Shown here piece after piece: positions 51,172 to 61,649 of a stretch of 64,000 nt of DNA; positions within the stretch are counted from its first letter, which is position 1; each line of letters opens with the position of its first letter. This DNA is from Polyangiales bacterium (lineage in GTDB: Bacteria > Myxococcota_A > Polyangia > Polyangiales > Ga0077539). The notes under the pieces were generated by a model, which saw nothing but the letters and a program-made list of their open reading frames with translations, made no database searches and was not told the DNA's origin. The DNA lies in contig JBGARZ010000003.1 of NCBI GenBank assembly GCA_044229975.1, forward strand, positions 256,001-320,000. The letters run 5' to 3'. A program made the position numbers and the translations under genes.

Positions 51172-52520
51172 GCGGGCACCTCGATTGCGAGCACGTCGGC
51201 CAGGGTCGTCGCAAAACCCTCGATCTGAGCGTCTGTCATGCACGCAGGCGGCGTGAGCGTCAGAACATCCCCGTCGACGCCGCCCGTGAGCATCACGTAG
51301 CCGCGCTCCAACATGCGGCGGCAGACTGCGAGCGCGCGACGGAGGCCACCCTCCACGGTGATTCCGATCAGCATGCCCGCAAAGGTAAGCCGACGAACGC
51401 CCCCGCCCTGTCGCGCGAGCGCCACCCGCAGCGAGCCCTCCAACGCGGCGGCGCATCTCGCGATCATCGCGCTCGTCTCGGGTCGCTCGAGCACATCCAG
51501 CGACGCCAACGCTGCCGCGCAGGACAGCGGGTTGCCGAGGAAGGTCGACGTGTGAATCGCCTCTCCCACCGACGCGCCCCAGGCAAGCGCAGACTCCTCG
51601 CGAACGATCGCCGCACTCACCGGAACGCCCCCACCCAGCGCCTTCCCGACCACGACGACGTCGGGCTCGCAGCCCATCGCGAGCGACTGGAGCCACGGGC
51701 CGGTGCGCCCGAGCCCGGTGTAGATCTCATCAACGATGAGCAGCGCGCCGCGCTCCTTCGCCACCGCTCCGAGCGCCGAGAGCGCGCCCGCGGCGACCGG
51801 CTCGACGCCACCGCGCCCGAGGATGGGCTCGATCAACACGGCGCCGACGACTCCATCGGCCAGCGCGAGACGGGCGGCCTCCACGGAGCGCTCCAGGTCC
51901 GCGTTCGAGGGATATGGAGCGAAGCGCACGTTGGGATTCAGCTGCCCGGCGAAAGGCTCACGAAAGGCCGACTTGTAGCCGCACTCGGCGAGCGCTCCGT
52001 AGCTGAGCCCGTGGTAACCGCCCTCAAACGCGAGAACACCCGGTCGTCCGGTCGCGAGCCTCGCCGTCTTGAGCGCAGCCTCGACCGAGTCCGCCCCCGA
52101 GATCCCGAGAATCACCCGCGAAGGCCACGGCACCATCGCCGCAAGGCGCGCCTCGACCGCGATCTTCGCCGAAGACGGGTACACGTCTCCGAGGGCGTGG
52201 AGCAGCTTCCCGGCCTGCCGCTGCACCGCCTCGACGACCTCGGGGTGCCCATGACCGAGCAGCGCGACGCCAAAGCCCCCGGTCAGGTCGACGTACCGAT
52301 TGCCATCGGCGTCGATGACGTTGGCGCCCCTTGCCCGCACCCACACGATCGGATCGTGCGAGGCGCCGGTCAGCTCCTCGCGCCGACGGCGACGAGCGGT
52401 GAGCCCAGGGCACTCGACCGCGGCAAGTTTGTCGACGAGCGAGCGCGTGACCTCACCACCTGGTTCGCCGGAGCGAAGCAGCGGAGGGAGGTCACCGTTG
52501 AAAGGGAGGGAGTCGGACAT
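51168..52520 (-). CDS. class III PLP-dependent aminotransferase
   Basis: DADGNRYVD, SGADSVEAALK, YHG, EPILG.GG, DEIYTGLGRTG, GKALGGG, HTSTFLGNP. Confidence 0.93.
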   Translation of the reverse strand: MSDSLPFNGDLPPLLRSGEPGGEVTRSLVDKLAAVECPGLTARRRRREELTGASHDPIVWVRARGANVIDADGNRYVDLTGGFGVALLGHGHPEVVEAVQRQAGKLLHALGDVYPSSAKIAVEARLAAMVPWPSRVILGISGADSVEAALKTARLATGRPGVLAFEGGYHGLSYGALAECGYKSAFREPFAGQLNPNVRFAPYPSNADLERSVEAARLALADGVVGAVLIEPILGRGGVEPVAAGALSALGAVAKERGALLIVDEIYTGLGRTGPWLQSLAMGCEPDVVVVGKALGGGVPVSAAIVREESALAWGASVGEAIHTSTFLGNPLSCAAALASLDVLERPETSAMIARCAAALEGSLRVALARQGGGVRRLTFAGMLIGITVEGGLRRALAVCRRMLERGYVMLTGGVDGDVLTLTPPACMTDAQIEGFATTLADVLAIEVPA

Positions 52521-52566
52521 GGCGAACCTCCACCGGCGCGCGGTGGAGGGGTCCGCGGAGGGGCGA

Positions 52567-53118
52567 TCAGCCCGTGGTGGAAGGCTCTTCGGCCGAGCGC
52601 GAGCGGGGGGCTTCGGCGCGGACGGCCTCGGTCACCGGGCTCACGGTCACGGCGGTCTTCGCGCCGACCTTCGGATCGCGAACGACGAGTTCAATGAGGC
52701 ACATCTCGGCGTTGTCGCCGCGACGGTTGCGGGTCTTGAGGATGCGCGTGTAGCCACCCTTCCGACCGATGAAGCGCGGGGCGATCTCGCGGAAGAGGTG
52801 CTCGATCACGTCGATGCGCTCGACCTGGCCTTCCACGATGCGCGAGCCGATGCGCGGCAGGAAGGAGCCGATGTCGCGCTTGAGCGCGAGGCGGGCGGCG
52901 GCGACCTTCGGGTCGCTGACGTTGGCGGCGCTCGCGTCGGCGCCGAGGCGGGCGACGCGTGTGATGAGCTTCTCGGCGATGCCGCGCAGCTCCTTGGCCT
53001 TGGGCACCGTGGTCTCGATGCGCTCGTGGGCGAAGAGGTTCGCCGCGAGGTTCCGAAACATCGCGTCGCGGCTGGAGCCGTCGCGATCGAACTTCCGACC
53101 CGAATTCTGGTGACGCAT
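52567..53118 (-). CDS. rplQ: 50S ribosomal protein L17
   Basis: MRH..GRKF.R, I.TTVPKAKE, RKGGYTRI.K..R.GD.A. Confidence 0.96.
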   Translation of the reverse strand: MRHQNSGRKFDRDGSSRDAMFRNLAANLFAHERIETTVPKAKELRGIAEKLITRVARLGADASAANVSDPKVAAARLALKRDIGSFLPRIGSRIVEGQVERIDVIEHLFREIAPRFIGRKGGYTRILKTRNRRGDNAEMCLIELVVRDPKVGAKTAVTVSPVTEAVRAEAPRSRSAEEPSTTG

Positions 53119-53158
53119 GGGGATGGTTCCTGGGGTTCTATCTCGGTATCAGGTGATC

Positions 53159-54190
53159 TCAGCCGTGCTCGGCCTTCCAGCGCTCGAGCAGACCCGGCCA
53201 GTTTTCGATGTGCGTGCCCAGCTGGAGGTTGAGCTCGTTGAGCTTGTCCTTGATCTCCTTCAGGGACTTGCGGCCGAAGTTCTTGGTCTTCAGCAGGTCG
53301 GCCTCGGTCTTCTGCACCAGTTCGCCGATGTAGGAAATGTTGGCGTTCTGCAGGCAGTTGGCGCTGCGGACCGAGAGCTCGAACTCCTCGACGGACTTGA
53401 AGAGCGCGTCGTTGATCGGCTCCTCGCGGGTCGCCGACGGCATCGAGACGACCTCGTCCTGCTCCTGGAAGTTGATGAAGATCTGGAGCTGCTCCTTGAG
53501 GATCTTCGCCGCGTAGGCGACGGCGTCCCGCGGGCGCACGGCGCCGTTGGTCCACACTTCCAGCGTGAGCTTGTCGTAGTCGGTCATCTGGCCGACGCGC
53601 GCGTTGGTGACCGTGTAGTTCACCTTGCGGACGGGCGAGAAGAGCGAGTCGATGGGCACCCAGCCGATGGCCAGGTTGGGGTCCTTGTTGCGCTCGGCCG
53701 GGACGTACCCGCGACCCATGCCGACGATGAGCTCCATGGACAGCTTGCCGCCCTTGGAGACCGTCGCGATGTGCTGGTTCGGGTTGAGCACCTTGATGCC
53801 CGTCATCGCCTCGGTCTTGATGTCCCCCGCGGTGACCGCGCCGGGGCCTTCCTTCACCAGGCTCAGCGTGTAGCGCTTGGCTTCGGCGGCGTGGAACACG
53901 ACCTCCTTGAGGTTGAGCACGATGTCGGTGACGTCTTCCTTGACGTCATCGATGGTCGTGAACTCGTGGAGGGCTCCGTCGAGGCGGACGGCCGTGATGG
54001 CCGCGCCCTGGAGCGACGAGAGCAGCACGCGCCGGAGCGAGTTGCCGATGGTGATGCCGAAGCCGCGCTCCAACGGCTCGCACACGAACTTGCCGTACGA
54101 CTCGGAGTGAGTGTCCCGATCCTCCTCAAGGAGCGCCTTGGGGCGGATGAGGTCTCGCCAGTTACGGGCCTGCGTGGACGACTGCGTCAT
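53159..54190 (-). CDS. rpoA: RNA polymerase alpha subunit
   Basis: [40 protein letters not shown]. Confidence 0.98.
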   Translation of the reverse strand: MTQSSTQARNWRDLIRPKALLEEDRDTHSESYGKFVCEPLERGFGITIGNSLRRVLLSSLQGAAITAVRLDGALHEFTTIDDVKEDVTDIVLNLKEVVFHAAEAKRYTLSLVKEGPGAVTAGDIKTEAMTGIKVLNPNQHIATVSKGGKLSMELIVGMGRGYVPAERNKDPNLAIGWVPIDSLFSPVRKVNYTVTNARVGQMTDYDKLTLEVWTNGAVRPRDAVAYAAKILKEQLQIFINFQEQDEVVSMPSATREEPINDALFKSVEEFELSVRSANCLQNANISYIGELVQKTEADLLKTKNFGRKSLKEIKDKLNELNLQLGTHIENWPGLLERWKAEHG

Positions 54191-54343
54191 GGAAACCCTT
54201 TCCCTTCGAACACCACACAGCGCGAGGCCCCACCCGGACATAGCCGAAGGAGCCATAACTCGCGCGGATTCTTCAAACCTACGAAGCCTCTTCGCGAACC
54301 GTCGGGGCCGCTGCCGCCGCGAAGGCGGGCGTCCCCTACCACA

Positions 54344-54766
54344 TCAGACGCGGCGCCGCTTGGGCGGTCGGCATCCGTTGTGCGGGATCGGGGTGACGTC
54401 ACGGATGAGCGTCACGCGGAAGCCCGCGGTGGACAGGGCGCGAAGCGCGCTCTCGCGGCCGGCCCCCGGACCCTTGATGAACACGGCGATCTCACGCATC
54501 CCGTGCTCGGAAGCCTTGCGGACGGCGTCCTCGGCCGCGACCTGGGCGGCGAAGGGGGTGCTCTTGCGAGAGCCCTTGAAGCCGCGCGATCCGGCCGACG
54601 ACCAGGCAATCGTGTTGCCGTAGATGTCCGCGATCGTGACGATCGTGTTGTTGAACGTCGCCTGGATGTGGCAGACGCCCTTCGGCACGTTCTTACGAAC
54701 CCTCTTCTTGCCCTTGAGCCCGGCCTTGGCCGTGCTCGCTCCGCTCGTCGCTTGCGCCTTCGCCAT
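54344..54766 (-). CDS. rpsK: 30S ribosomal protein S11
   Basis: [38 protein letters not shown]. Confidence 0.98.
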   Translation of the reverse strand: MAKAQATSGASTAKAGLKGKKRVRKNVPKGVCHIQATFNNTIVTIADIYGNTIAWSSAGSRGFKGSRKSTPFAAQVAAEDAVRKASEHGMREIAVFIKGPGAGRESALRALSTAGFRVTLIRDVTPIPHNGCRPPKRRRV

Positions 54767-54806
54767 CGAAGTCCTCTTGTGCTCTCTACGGTCGGTCTGG
54801 AGACGG

Positions 54807-55190
54807 TTACTTCTTCACCGGAGCCGCGCGCGAGACCGCGAGACCCTTCCGCGGGCCCTTGCGGGTGCGGGCGTTGGTGTGCGTGCGCTGCCCGTTGACG
54901 GGCAGGCTCTTGCGGTGACGGAGGCCGCGGTAGCAACCGAGGTCCATCAGGCGCTTGATGTTCATCTGCACCTCGCGGCGCAGGTCGCCCTCGACCTTGT
55001 AGTCGCCCTCGAGCACCTCGCGCACGCGACGAAGCTCGGCCTCATTGAGGTCCTGGGTCTTCTTGTCGGGCGCGATGTCTGCCTTCTTGCAGATCTGGAG
55101 CGCGGTCGTAGCGCCGATGCCGTAGAGGTACCGGAGCGAAATCGAGATGTGCTTGCGACCCGGAAGGTCGACGCCTGCAATGCGTGCCAT
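54807..55190 (-). CDS. rpsM: 30S ribosomal protein S13
   Basis: [29 protein letters not shown]. Confidence 0.98.
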   Translation of the reverse strand: MARIAGVDLPGRKHISISLRYLYGIGATTALQICKKADIAPDKKTQDLNEAELRRVREVLEGDYKVEGDLRREVQMNIKRLMDLGCYRGLRHRKSLPVNGQRTHTNARTRKGPRKGLAVSRAAPVKK

Positions 55191-55193
55191 GTC

Positions 55194-55307
55194 TCAGCCC
55201 TGCCGCTGCTTGTGTCGGGGGTTCTCACAAATGATCCGCACCACCCCACGGCGGCGGATCACCTTGCACTTGTCACAGATCTTCTTAACGGACGGTCGGA
55301 CCTTCAT
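55194..55307 (-). CDS. rpmJ: 50S ribosomal protein L36 (Zn-ribbon type)
   Basis: Translated by hand (below the ORF cutoff): [37 protein letters not shown]. Confidence 0.97.
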   Translation of the reverse strand: MKVRPSVKKICDKCKVIRRRGVVRIICENPRHKQRQG

Positions 55308-55316
55308 CGCTCCATC

Positions 55317-55571
55317 TCACTTGTGTCGGTACGTGATACGGCCTTTGGAAAGATCGTAGGGGCTGACCTCGACGCTCACCTTATCGCCCGGGAGGATGCG
55401 GATGTAGAACTGCCGCATCCGGCCGGAGATGGTGGCGAGCACGTCGAGCCCGTTGTCACACTTCACGCGAAACATCGCGTTGGGGAGTGCCTCAAGGACG
55501 GCGCCCTCGAATTCAAGCTTGTCCGCCTTGGCTTCGCGCGGCTCGGTGGGACGGTTTCTGTTGCGTGCCAT
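55317..55571 (-). CDS. infA: translation initiation factor IF-1
   Basis: [36 protein letters not shown]. Confidence 0.97.
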   Translation of the reverse strand: MARNRNRPTEPREAKADKLEFEGAVLEALPNAMFRVKCDNGLDVLATISGRMRQFYIRILPGDKVSVEVSPYDLSKGRITYRHK

Positions 55572-55577
55572 GCGGCT

Positions 55578-56222
55578 CTATCGCGCTCCGATCGCCCGGA
55601 AGATGGACTGGGTGACATCATCGACCGCACCCACGCCATCCACACGCCGAAGGAGACCCTTGTTGCCGTACCAGGCAACCAGAGGCGCCGTCTGCGCTGC
55701 GTAGTTTGCGAGTCGCGGGCGGACCACCTCTTCGCGATCATCGTCGCGAACCAGCAGCCGCTCACCACCCTCACCGCGGTCCGGCGAGGGGGGCGGATCA
55801 TACTGACGGTGATAGATCCGTCCAGTGGTTTCGCCCACGAGGCGTCCAGTAATCCGCTCGATGATGAGCGTGTCGGGCACCTCGAGGAGCACGACATGGG
55901 CGATCGCCCGGCCGCGCTTCGCGAGGATCTTCTCGAGGTTTTCCGCCTGCGGAACCGTGCGAGGGAAGCCGTCGAGCACGAATCCGCCGACCGCGTCGGG
56001 CTCACGGAGACGCTCATCGACCAGGCCGATCACGACCTCGTCAGGGACCAGAGCTCCGAGCGCCATGAACTCATCGGCCTTGCGCCCGAGCTCGGTGCCG
56101 GCCTTGCGAGCCGCACGCAGCATGTCGCCGGTCGCGATCTGCGGCACGCCCAGCTTCGAGCAGAGGCGCTGCGCCTGCGTGCCCTTGCCAGCTCCCGGCG
56201 GTCCGATGAAGACCACGTCCAT
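55578..56222 (-). CDS. adk: adenylate kinase
   Basis: GPPGAGKGTQA, TGDMLR, LDGFPRT, RDDD. Confidence 0.97.
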   Translation of the reverse strand: MDVVFIGPPGAGKGTQAQRLCSKLGVPQIATGDMLRAARKAGTELGRKADEFMALGALVPDEVVIGLVDERLREPDAVGGFVLDGFPRTVPQAENLEKILAKRGRAIAHVVLLEVPDTLIIERITGRLVGETTGRIYHRQYDPPPSPDRGEGGERLLVRDDDREEVVRPRLANYAAQTAPLVAWYGNKGLLRRVDGVGAVDDVTQSIFRAIGAR

Positions 56223-56224
56223 GA

Positions 56225-57547
56225 CTAGGCGGCCCTCCGACCCTGGATGCGCGGACCACCGGGACCCGCGAAGCCTTCGAGGTGGCGCGAGATCAGGTAC
56301 GACTCGATCTGGTTCACCGTGTCGAGCGCGACGCCCACCACGATCATGATGGAGGTGCCACCGAACGGTGAGGTCACGCGCAGGTACTGCTGCATGAGGC
56401 CAGGCAGGATGCAGATGAGGGCCACGTACATCGCGCCGCCGAAGGTGATACGCATGAGCACCTTCTCGATGTAGTCGGCGGTCTCCTTGCCGGGGCGGAT
56501 CATGGGGATGAACGCGCCCTGCTTCTTCAGGTTATCCGCCAGGTCCACCGGGGGGAACGTGACCGACGTGTAGAAGTAGCAAAAGAAGACCGTGAGCAGC
56601 ACGAACAGCGTGTTGTAGACCCAGTCGCCACGCTGCACGACCTCGCTGGCCCCCTGCATATAGGGGATCTTGAGGTTGGCGAGGGTCGACGGGAGCATGA
56701 GCACCGTCGAGGCGAAGATCGGGGGAATCACGCCAGAAGAGTTCACGCGCAGCGGCAGGTGCGTGCGCTGTCCCCCGTACATCTTCCGGCCGATGATGCG
56801 CCGCGAGTACTCGATTGGGATGCGACGCTGACCGCGCTCGAAGAAGACAATGGTGGCGACCGACCCGAGGATGAGCACCGCGGCGATGAGCAGCGACACG
56901 GGCGTGATCTGCCCGGTGCTGGTGAACTGCCACGTCTGCGCAAGGGCCTGCGGAAAGTCGGCGACGATGCCGGCGAAGATGATCAGCGAGATGCCATTGC
57001 CGATGCCGCGCTCCGTGATCTGCTCACCCAGCCACATGATGAACGCGGTGCCCGTCGCGAGGCTCAGCATGGTCATCAGCCGGAAGCCCCAGCCTGGGTC
57101 GCGCACCACCGACACGAGGTCGACGGTCTGCTTGCTCTCCAGGTAGAGCGCGATGCTGAAGCCTTGCACCATGGCGAGGACGATCGTCGCGTAGCGGGTG
57201 TACTGGTTGATCTTGCGCTGGCCGAGCTCGCCTTCCTTCCGCAGCTCTTCGAGCGGCTTGAAGATCGAACTGAGCAACTGGAAGATGATGGAGGCGGAGA
57301 CGTAGGGGGCGACGCCGAGCGCAAAGATGCTTACCTGCTCCAGCGCGCCGCCAGAGAAGAGGTTGAGCATACCCAGGAGCGAGCCGTTGTTGCTCTGCCC
57401 CATGAACTCCTGCATGGCCTGACGGTCGGCACCGGGGACGGTCACGTAGACGCCCACCCGATACACCGCGAGCATGCCGAGGCTGAACAGGAGCCGCCGT
57501 CGAAGCTCCGGGATCTTCGCGATGTTGCTGAGCGCGCCGAGTGCCAT
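56225..57547 (-). CDS. secY: preprotein translocase subunit SecY
   Basis: SIFALG..PY.SASII, WLGEQITERGIGNG, IRPG, FGGTSIMIVV. Confidence 0.98.
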   Translation of the reverse strand: MALGALSNIAKIPELRRRLLFSLGMLAVYRVGVYVTVPGADRQAMQEFMGQSNNGSLLGMLNLFSGGALEQVSIFALGVAPYVSASIIFQLLSSIFKPLEELRKEGELGQRKINQYTRYATIVLAMVQGFSIALYLESKQTVDLVSVVRDPGWGFRLMTMLSLATGTAFIMWLGEQITERGIGNGISLIIFAGIVADFPQALAQTWQFTSTGQITPVSLLIAAVLILGSVATIVFFERGQRRIPIEYSRRIIGRKMYGGQRTHLPLRVNSSGVIPPIFASTVLMLPSTLANLKIPYMQGASEVVQRGDWVYNTLFVLLTVFFCYFYTSVTFPPVDLADNLKKQGAFIPMIRPGKETADYIEKVLMRITFGGAMYVALICILPGLMQQYLRVTSPFGGTSIMIVVGVALDTVNQIESYLISRHLEGFAGPGGPRIQGRRAA

Positions 57548-57658
57548 TTACAGGTGTTCCTTGCGAAGGTTTCGGGGACGCGGCGATGAGGACGAAACCC
57601 TTCGGTCCCGATCCTCACCGCCGAACGCCGACGATCGGCGCGCGTCTATAACCCGAGA

Positions 57659-58153
57659 TCAGCCCTTCGCGCTTCCCTCTGCCGGAGCCGCCGTGGTCGA
57701 AAGCAGCTCGATGGTTCCACCGAGCGCTTCGATCTTGGCCCGGGCGCCCGCCGAGATGCCGTGCACCTTCAGCGTGAGCTTGCGGGTCAGGTCGCCGTCG
57801 CCGAGGATCTTCACGCGCTCAGCGCGCTTCTCGACGAGACCGACCGTCGCGAGGGCCGCGAGGTCGACGGTGGCGCCTGCATCGAAGAACTTCTCGAGCG
57901 CACCCACGTTCACCGCGGAGATTTCCGTGGCGAAGAGGGTGTTGCGGAAGCCGCGCTTCGGCAGACGCCGCTGCATCGGGGTCTGCCCGCCCTGGAAGCC
58001 CATCTTGCTGAAGTTGCCGGGGTGCCGGGCCTTCTGGCCCTTCTGTCCCTTGCCCGAGGTCTTACCCAGGCCCGAGCCGACACCGCGACCACGACGGGTG
58101 CGCTTGCGCACCGCCCCAACCGGGGGGTGCAGATTGCTGAGAACGTTAGCCAT
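57659..58153 (-). CDS. rplO: 50S ribosomal protein L15
   Basis: GRGVGSGLGKTSG.GQKGQKAR, GGQTPMQRRLPKRGF. Confidence 0.97.
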   Translation of the reverse strand: MANVLSNLHPPVGAVRKRTRRGRGVGSGLGKTSGKGQKGQKARHPGNFSKMGFQGGQTPMQRRLPKRGFRNTLFATEISAVNVGALEKFFDAGATVDLAALATVGLVEKRAERVKILGDGDLTRKLTLKVHGISAGARAKIEALGGTIELLSTTAAPAEGSAKG

Positions 58154-58337
58154 CGATCTCCTCCACCGTGACAAGGTGGATCACCTTCTTGATCGCACCA
58201 CGAAAGGACGGGGTGTTCGCCACCACGACCTCAGTGTTCGGCCCGCGGAGCCCGAGACCATTCAAGGTCGTCTCGAACTGGTACCGCTCGCCGATCGTCG
58301 ACTTGGTCTGCTTCACTCGCAGCTTCGCCTTGGACAT
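58146..58337 (-). CDS. rpmD: 50S ribosomal protein L30
   Basis: KSTIG, TL.GLGL, RGAI.KV.HLV; position between rpsE and rplO. Confidence 0.93.
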   Translation of the reverse strand: MSKAKLRVKQTKSTIGERYQFETTLNGLGLRGPNTEVVVANTPSFRGAIKKVIHLVTVEEIDG

Positions 58338-58346
58338 GTCCGCCAC

Positions 58347-58853
58347 CTACGCCGTCTTCTCGGAAAGGTCTTCCGCGGTCTTGCCGCGGCGAGCCGCCGT
58401 CGCGCCGATGTCGCGCAGCTGCTTGAGCGCCGCGATGGTCGCCTTCACCGCGTTGTGCGGGTTGCGGCTACCGAGGCTCTTCGAGAGGATGTCGCGAATG
58501 CCCGCGCTCTCGACCACCGCGCGAACCGCGCCGCCGGCGATGACGCCCGTACCCGCCGAGGCGGGACGGAGCAGCACCTCACCGGCGCCGAAGTGACCCA
58601 CCACGTCGTGGGGGATGGTCGCGCCGACGCGCGGCACGGAGAACAGGTTCTTTCGAGCCTGCTCGTTGCCCTTGCGAATCGCCTCGGGGACCTCGTTGGC
58701 CTTACCCAGGCCGACGCCCACGCGGCCATTGCCGTCACCCACCACAATGAGCGCCGAGAAGGAGAAGCGACGACCGCCCTTCACCACCTTGGCGACGCGG
58801 TTGATGTTGACCACCCGCTCCTTGAGCTCCGCGCCCTCGTCGTTATCTGCCAT
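58347..58853 (-). CDS. rpsE: 30S ribosomal protein S5
   Basis: [24 protein letters not shown]. Confidence 0.97.
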   Translation of the reverse strand: MADNDEGAELKERVVNINRVAKVVKGGRRFSFSALIVVGDGNGRVGVGLGKANEVPEAIRKGNEQARKNLFSVPRVGATIPHDVVGHFGAGEVLLRPASAGTGVIAGGAVRAVVESAGIRDILSKSLGSRNPHNAVKATIAALKQLRDIGATAARRGKTAEDLSEKTA

Positions 58854-58883
58854 CGACATCGATGCGTCTCCCTCTTCCGAGCC

Positions 58884-59246
58884 TTAGAAGCTCAGGCCCG
58901 CCTTGCGGGCGCCATCGGCGAGCGCGCCGACACGGTTGTTCGCCTGGTAGACATACCCGTTGCGGTCGAAGACCACCTTCGCGATGCCCTTCTCAAGGCA
59001 CAGCTTGGCGACGGCCTCGCCGACCTTACGGGCGGCGTCGAGCTTCCGGTCTTCCTTCACCGAGTCGCGCACCGACGGGGACAGCGTCCCCACGGCGACG
59101 AGGGTGTTGCCGAGCACGTCGTCGATCACCTGGGCGAAGATGTTCTTCGATGAGCGGAACACCGTCAGCCGCGGACGCTCCGCGGTACCGGTGACCCTGC
59201 CTCGAATACGCGCCTTGCGCCGGAGCCTCTGTTCTTCGTTCTTCAT
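58884..59246 (-). CDS. rplR: 50S ribosomal protein L18
   Basis: [31 protein letters not shown]. Confidence 0.97.
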   Translation of the reverse strand: MKNEEQRLRRKARIRGRVTGTAERPRLTVFRSSKNIFAQVIDDVLGNTLVAVGTLSPSVRDSVKEDRKLDAARKVGEAVAKLCLEKGIAKVVFDRNGYVYQANNRVGALADGARKAGLSF

Positions 59247-59300
59247 CGTATTTCCAACCTTGTACGGCCCTCTCGTCGGAGAGAACCGGCTACGGTCTAG

Positions 59301-59900
59301 TTACTTGCCGCCCTTGCCGCCCTTGCCAGCCTTGCCCGCCTTCTGGCGGATCTTGACCAGCACGGGGCTCGCCGTCGGCGAGCCGTCGACCATCAGTCGC
59401 ACGCCCTTGCCCTTGTAGGGCTCCGGGGGACGGAACGACTGGATCTGGGCCACCGACTTGCCGAGCAGGTCACGGTCGACCGTCTCGAGAATCAGCACGG
59501 TGTTCTTGCTGTCACCCGGGATCTGCACCGAGAGCCCCTTGGGGACCTCGAAGACCACCGGGTGGGACAGGCCGAGGGACAGCGTGAGCGTCGAGCCCTT
59601 GAGCTCGGCCTTGTAGCCGGTGCCCTCCAGGCGAATGCCCTTCTTGTACCCAGCCGACACGCCGGTGACGGCGTTGTTGAGGTGCGAGCGGAACGTGCCG
59701 CTCATACGAGACCCCAGCTCCTCGGCCACGCCTGCCTTCGGGGCGACGGTGGCCTGGCCATCCTTCGTGACGATCTCCACATCGGAGCTCATCGCGCGGC
59801 GGACGGTGCCCTTGGGGCCCTTTACCTCGAAGAAGTCCGCGCCCGTCGTAACGGTCACGCCCTTCGGGAGAGCTACTGGACGCTTGCCAATCCTGGACAT
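59301..59900 (-). CDS. rplF: 50S ribosomal protein L6
   Basis: MSRIGK.P, RPPEPYKGKG. Confidence 0.97.
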   Translation of the reverse strand: MSRIGKRPVALPKGVTVTTGADFFEVKGPKGTVRRAMSSDVEIVTKDGQATVAPKAGVAEELGSRMSGTFRSHLNNAVTGVSAGYKKGIRLEGTGYKAELKGSTLTLSLGLSHPVVFEVPKGLSVQIPGDSKNTVLILETVDRDLLGKSVAQIQSFRPPEPYKGKGVRLMVDGSPTASPVLVKIRQKAGKAGKGGKGGK

Positions 59901-59904
59901 GGCC

Positions 59905-60303
59905 TCACCAAACCTCGCAGAGGAGTTCGCCGCCGACGCCGAGGCTGCGAGCCTGGCGATCGCTCAACACGCCGCGGGAGGTGCTGAGCACCGAGATCCC
60001 GAGGCCGCTACGGACCTTGGCGATCTTGTCGACGCCCACGTACACCCGGCGGCCCGGCCGCGAGACGCGGCGGATGCCCTCGATCGCCGGCTGGCGGTCG
60101 CGGCCGTACTTGAGGACGAGCACGATCGTGCCGCGCCCCTCCTCGCCGACGTCGTCCGCCACCGAGGCCACGTAGCCCTCGGAGACCAGGATCTCGGCCA
60201 CCGCACGCTTCAACTTGGAAGCGGGCATCACCGCGCGCTCGTGGCGCGCCATCACCGCATTGCGAACGCGGGTCAGCATGTCTGAAATCGGATCGGTCAA
60301 CAT
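59905..60303 (-). CDS. rpsH: 30S ribosomal protein S8
   Basis: DPISDMLTR.RN, VSRPGRRVY, GGELLC.VW. Confidence 0.97.
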   Translation of the reverse strand: MLTDPISDMLTRVRNAVMARHERAVMPASKLKRAVAEILVSEGYVASVADDVGEEGRGTIVLVLKYGRDRQPAIEGIRRVSRPGRRVYVGVDKIAKVRSGLGISVLSTSRGVLSDRQARSLGVGGELLCEVW

Positions 60304-60313
60304 GGTCGCCCTC

Positions 60314-60499
60314 TCACCAGCTCGCCTTGGTCACGCCGGGCAGATCGCCCTTCAGTGCCAGGTTGCGGAGGCACACGCGGCAGAGCTCGAACTTCCGGTA
60401 GTAGGCGCGCGCACGCCCACAGACCTTGCACCGGTTGCGGTGGCGCACCGCGAACTTCGGGGCTTCTTGCAGCTTCGCAAACGAACAGGCACGTGCCAC
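60314..60499 (-). CDS. rpsN: 30S ribosomal protein S14 (type Z)
   Basis: RCKVCGR..LCRVC.R..LPGV.KASW. Confidence 0.96.
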   Translation of the reverse strand: MARACSFAKLQEAPKFAVRHRNRCKVCGRARAYYRKFELCRVCLRNLALKGDLPGVTKASW

Positions 60500-60530
60500 G
60501 GTTTCTCTCCCGTCTTCTCTTCAGTGAATC

Positions 60531-61220
60531 CTAGTGACGAAACGGCATCCCGAGGTGTTGGAGGAGGGCGCGGCCCTCTTCATCGTTCACCGCGGTGGTG
60601 GTGATGCAGATGTTGAGTCCCTTCACCTTCTCCACCGTGTCGTAGTTGATCTCCGGGAAGATGATCTGCTCGCGCAGGCCGAGGGTGTAGTTGCCCTTCC
60701 CGTCGAACGCCTTCGGGCTGACACCCTTGAAGTCGCGGACGCGCGGCAGCGCGAAGGTGACCAGGCGATCAAGGAACTCCCACATCCGCTCGCGGCGCAG
60801 CGTCACCATGGCCCCGATGGGCACGCCGGTGCGCAGCTTGAACGTCGCGATGCTCTTGCGGGCGCGGGTCACGACCGGCTTCTGGCCCGTGATCGCGGTG
60901 ATCTGCTCGACGCCCATGTCGATGATCTTCGCGTTACCCACGGCTTCGCCGAGGCCCATGTTGATGGTGATCTTCACCAGCCGCGGCACCTGCATCGGGT
61001 TGGAGTACCCGAACTGCTTGAGCAGCGTGGGGACCACCTCGCCACGGTACTTGTCGCGCATGCGCGGGGGGATCTTCTCCTCCGGGCCGCGGGGAGCCGC
61101 GTCAGCCGCAGGGGCCGCCGGCTTCTTCTTGGTCGCCGTGCCGGCCTTGGCCTTCGCCGGGGACACCGGCTTGGCTCCGCCCTTCGCCGCTTCGGGCTTC
61201 TTCTTCTTATCGTCCGCCAT
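60531..61220 (-). CDS. rplE: 50S ribosomal protein L5
   Basis: [25 protein letters not shown]. Confidence 0.97.
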   Translation of the reverse strand: MADDKKKKPEAAKGGAKPVSPAKAKAGTATKKKPAAPAADAAPRGPEEKIPPRMRDKYRGEVVPTLLKQFGYSNPMQVPRLVKITINMGLGEAVGNAKIIDMGVEQITAITGQKPVVTRARKSIATFKLRTGVPIGAMVTLRRERMWEFLDRLVTFALPRVRDFKGVSPKAFDGKGNYTLGLREQIIFPEINYDTVEKVKGLNICITTTAVNDEEGRALLQHLGMPFRH

Positions 61221-61315
61221 CGTCTCTTCCTCTTCGGCTTCGCGTTTCCGTCAGCGCTCTACTGGCGCCCTGCAACGGGTCTCGCGCCCGGTTATCTCTT
61301 CAGCGAGCCCGGTAT

Positions 61316-61648
61316 TCAGACCGTCTCGGCCTTGATTTCCTTGCCACTCTTCACACCGACGCGGGTCTTGGACCCGTCCGCCGCGACCGCCGTGCGGACG
61401 CGCGTGCCCTTGCCCGTCTCCGGGTCGACCGGCATCACCTTCGAGAGGTGGATCGGGCGCTCGGCCTCGATGATCCCACCCTCGCGGTTGCGCGGCGTCG
61501 GGCGCGTGTGGCGCTTCACCTTGTTGATCCCCTCGACCAGCACTCGCTGGTGCTCGGGGAACACGGTCAGCACCTTACCAGTGCTGCCCTTCTCATCACC
61601 GGAGATCACCACCACGGTGTCTCCCTTGCGGATTCTCGCGAGGCTCAT
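61316..61648 (-). CDS. rplX: 50S ribosomal protein L24
   Basis: [22 protein letters not shown]. Confidence 0.96.
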   Translation of the reverse strand: MSLARIRKGDTVVVISGDEKGSTGKVLTVFPEHQRVLVEGINKVKRHTRPTPRNREGGIIEAERPIHLSKVMPVDPETGKGTRVRTAVAADGSKTRVGVKSGKEIKAETV

Positions 61649-61649
61649 G

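Noticed and set aside
57568..57600. GATGAG..CGAAAC resembling a hammerhead ribozyme core
   Set aside because: Lacks CUGAUGA, has no stem II, and lies on the antisense strand.
61221..61315. S8-binding autoregulatory RNA in the rplX-rplE spacer
   Set aside because: The position fits, but I could not identify the characteristic helix and internal loop by eye.
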